The translations under genes and the position numbers were made by a program. A stretch of DNA of 52,646 bases from an uncultured Gammaproteobacteria bacterium (lineage in GTDB: Bacteria > Patescibacteriota > Patescibacteriia > 2-01-FULL-39-33): the NCBI GenBank assembly GCA_964573235.1, contig CAZNIV010000004.1, forward strand, positions 1 through 52,646, given 5' to 3'. A model generated the notes under the pieces. It saw nothing but the letters and a program-made list of their open reading frames with translations, was not told the origin of the DNA and did no database searches. Positions 52,578-52,646 of this stretch are shown here, one piece after another. The number at the start of each line of letters is the position of its first letter. The first letter of the stretch is position 1.

Positions 52578-52646
52578 TGCTACGCTACATTCGGTGTTTG
52601 TTGGACAAAGTTCGAATGTTTTTCGAGCAAAATCCAAATGAATAAA

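Noticed and set aside
52427-52645. 72-aa plus-strand ORF (TTG start) covering the GC-rich segment
   Set aside because: It has no Shine-Dalgarno, an implausible composition and no motif. The region is better explained by nested RNA helices. It is an open frame typical of GC-rich noncoding sequence.

Overview
AT-rich, densely packed bacterial chromosomal window with about 60 credible genes, mostly on the minus strand. I found no rRNA, intact tRNA, CRISPR array, transposase or integrase. Short genes, frequent start/stop overlaps, type IV pilus genes, arrays of small VirB2-like membrane proteins and little metabolism suggest a Patescibacteria/CPR-like organism; this is an inference and is not proven. 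Layout:
(1) 1-5.2 kb: surface-glycan cluster with a GT11 fucosyltransferase-like gene, three GT2 genes, a Wzx-like flippase and a cytidylyltransferase.
(2) 5.3-27.9 kb: housekeeping genes. These are rpsP, smc, a GNAT gene, two tandem sigma-70 paralogs, polA, holA, rpsT, bactofilin, yidC-yidD-rnpA-rpmH | dnaA-oriC-dnaN, PBP1A, a RimK-like ligase, ruvC, yebC and PGI/PMI.
(3) 28-35.8 kb: accessory-looking block. It holds a GC-rich orphan lipoprotein, six tandem VirB2/TrbC-like two-helix pilin paralogs translationally coupled to an orphan solute-binding lipoprotein, a TerC/DUF475-like membrane protein, and three GC-rich small orphan genes, each with its own promoter and a downstream hairpin.
(4) 35.8-49.8 kb: one uninterrupted minus-strand gene train. 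Its 5' part is receiver, PilB, PilC and four prepilin-like genes (one an 848-aa giant), followed by hemerythrin, a PAS membrane sensor, a histidine kinase and a second receiver.
(5) 49.9-52.3 kb: a membrane protein, msrA, a SOUL heme-binding protein, a TfoX-N protein and a small hypothetical.
(6) 52.34-52.65 kb: GC-rich nested-helix noncoding segment ending in a tRNA-like ...GCCA.
The best candidates for something undescribed are the solute-binding-protein plus six-pilin module that has no T4SS machinery nearby, and the sensor-linked pilus operon with a giant pilin-adhesin fusion. All product calls come from motif recognition by eye; no database search was possible.
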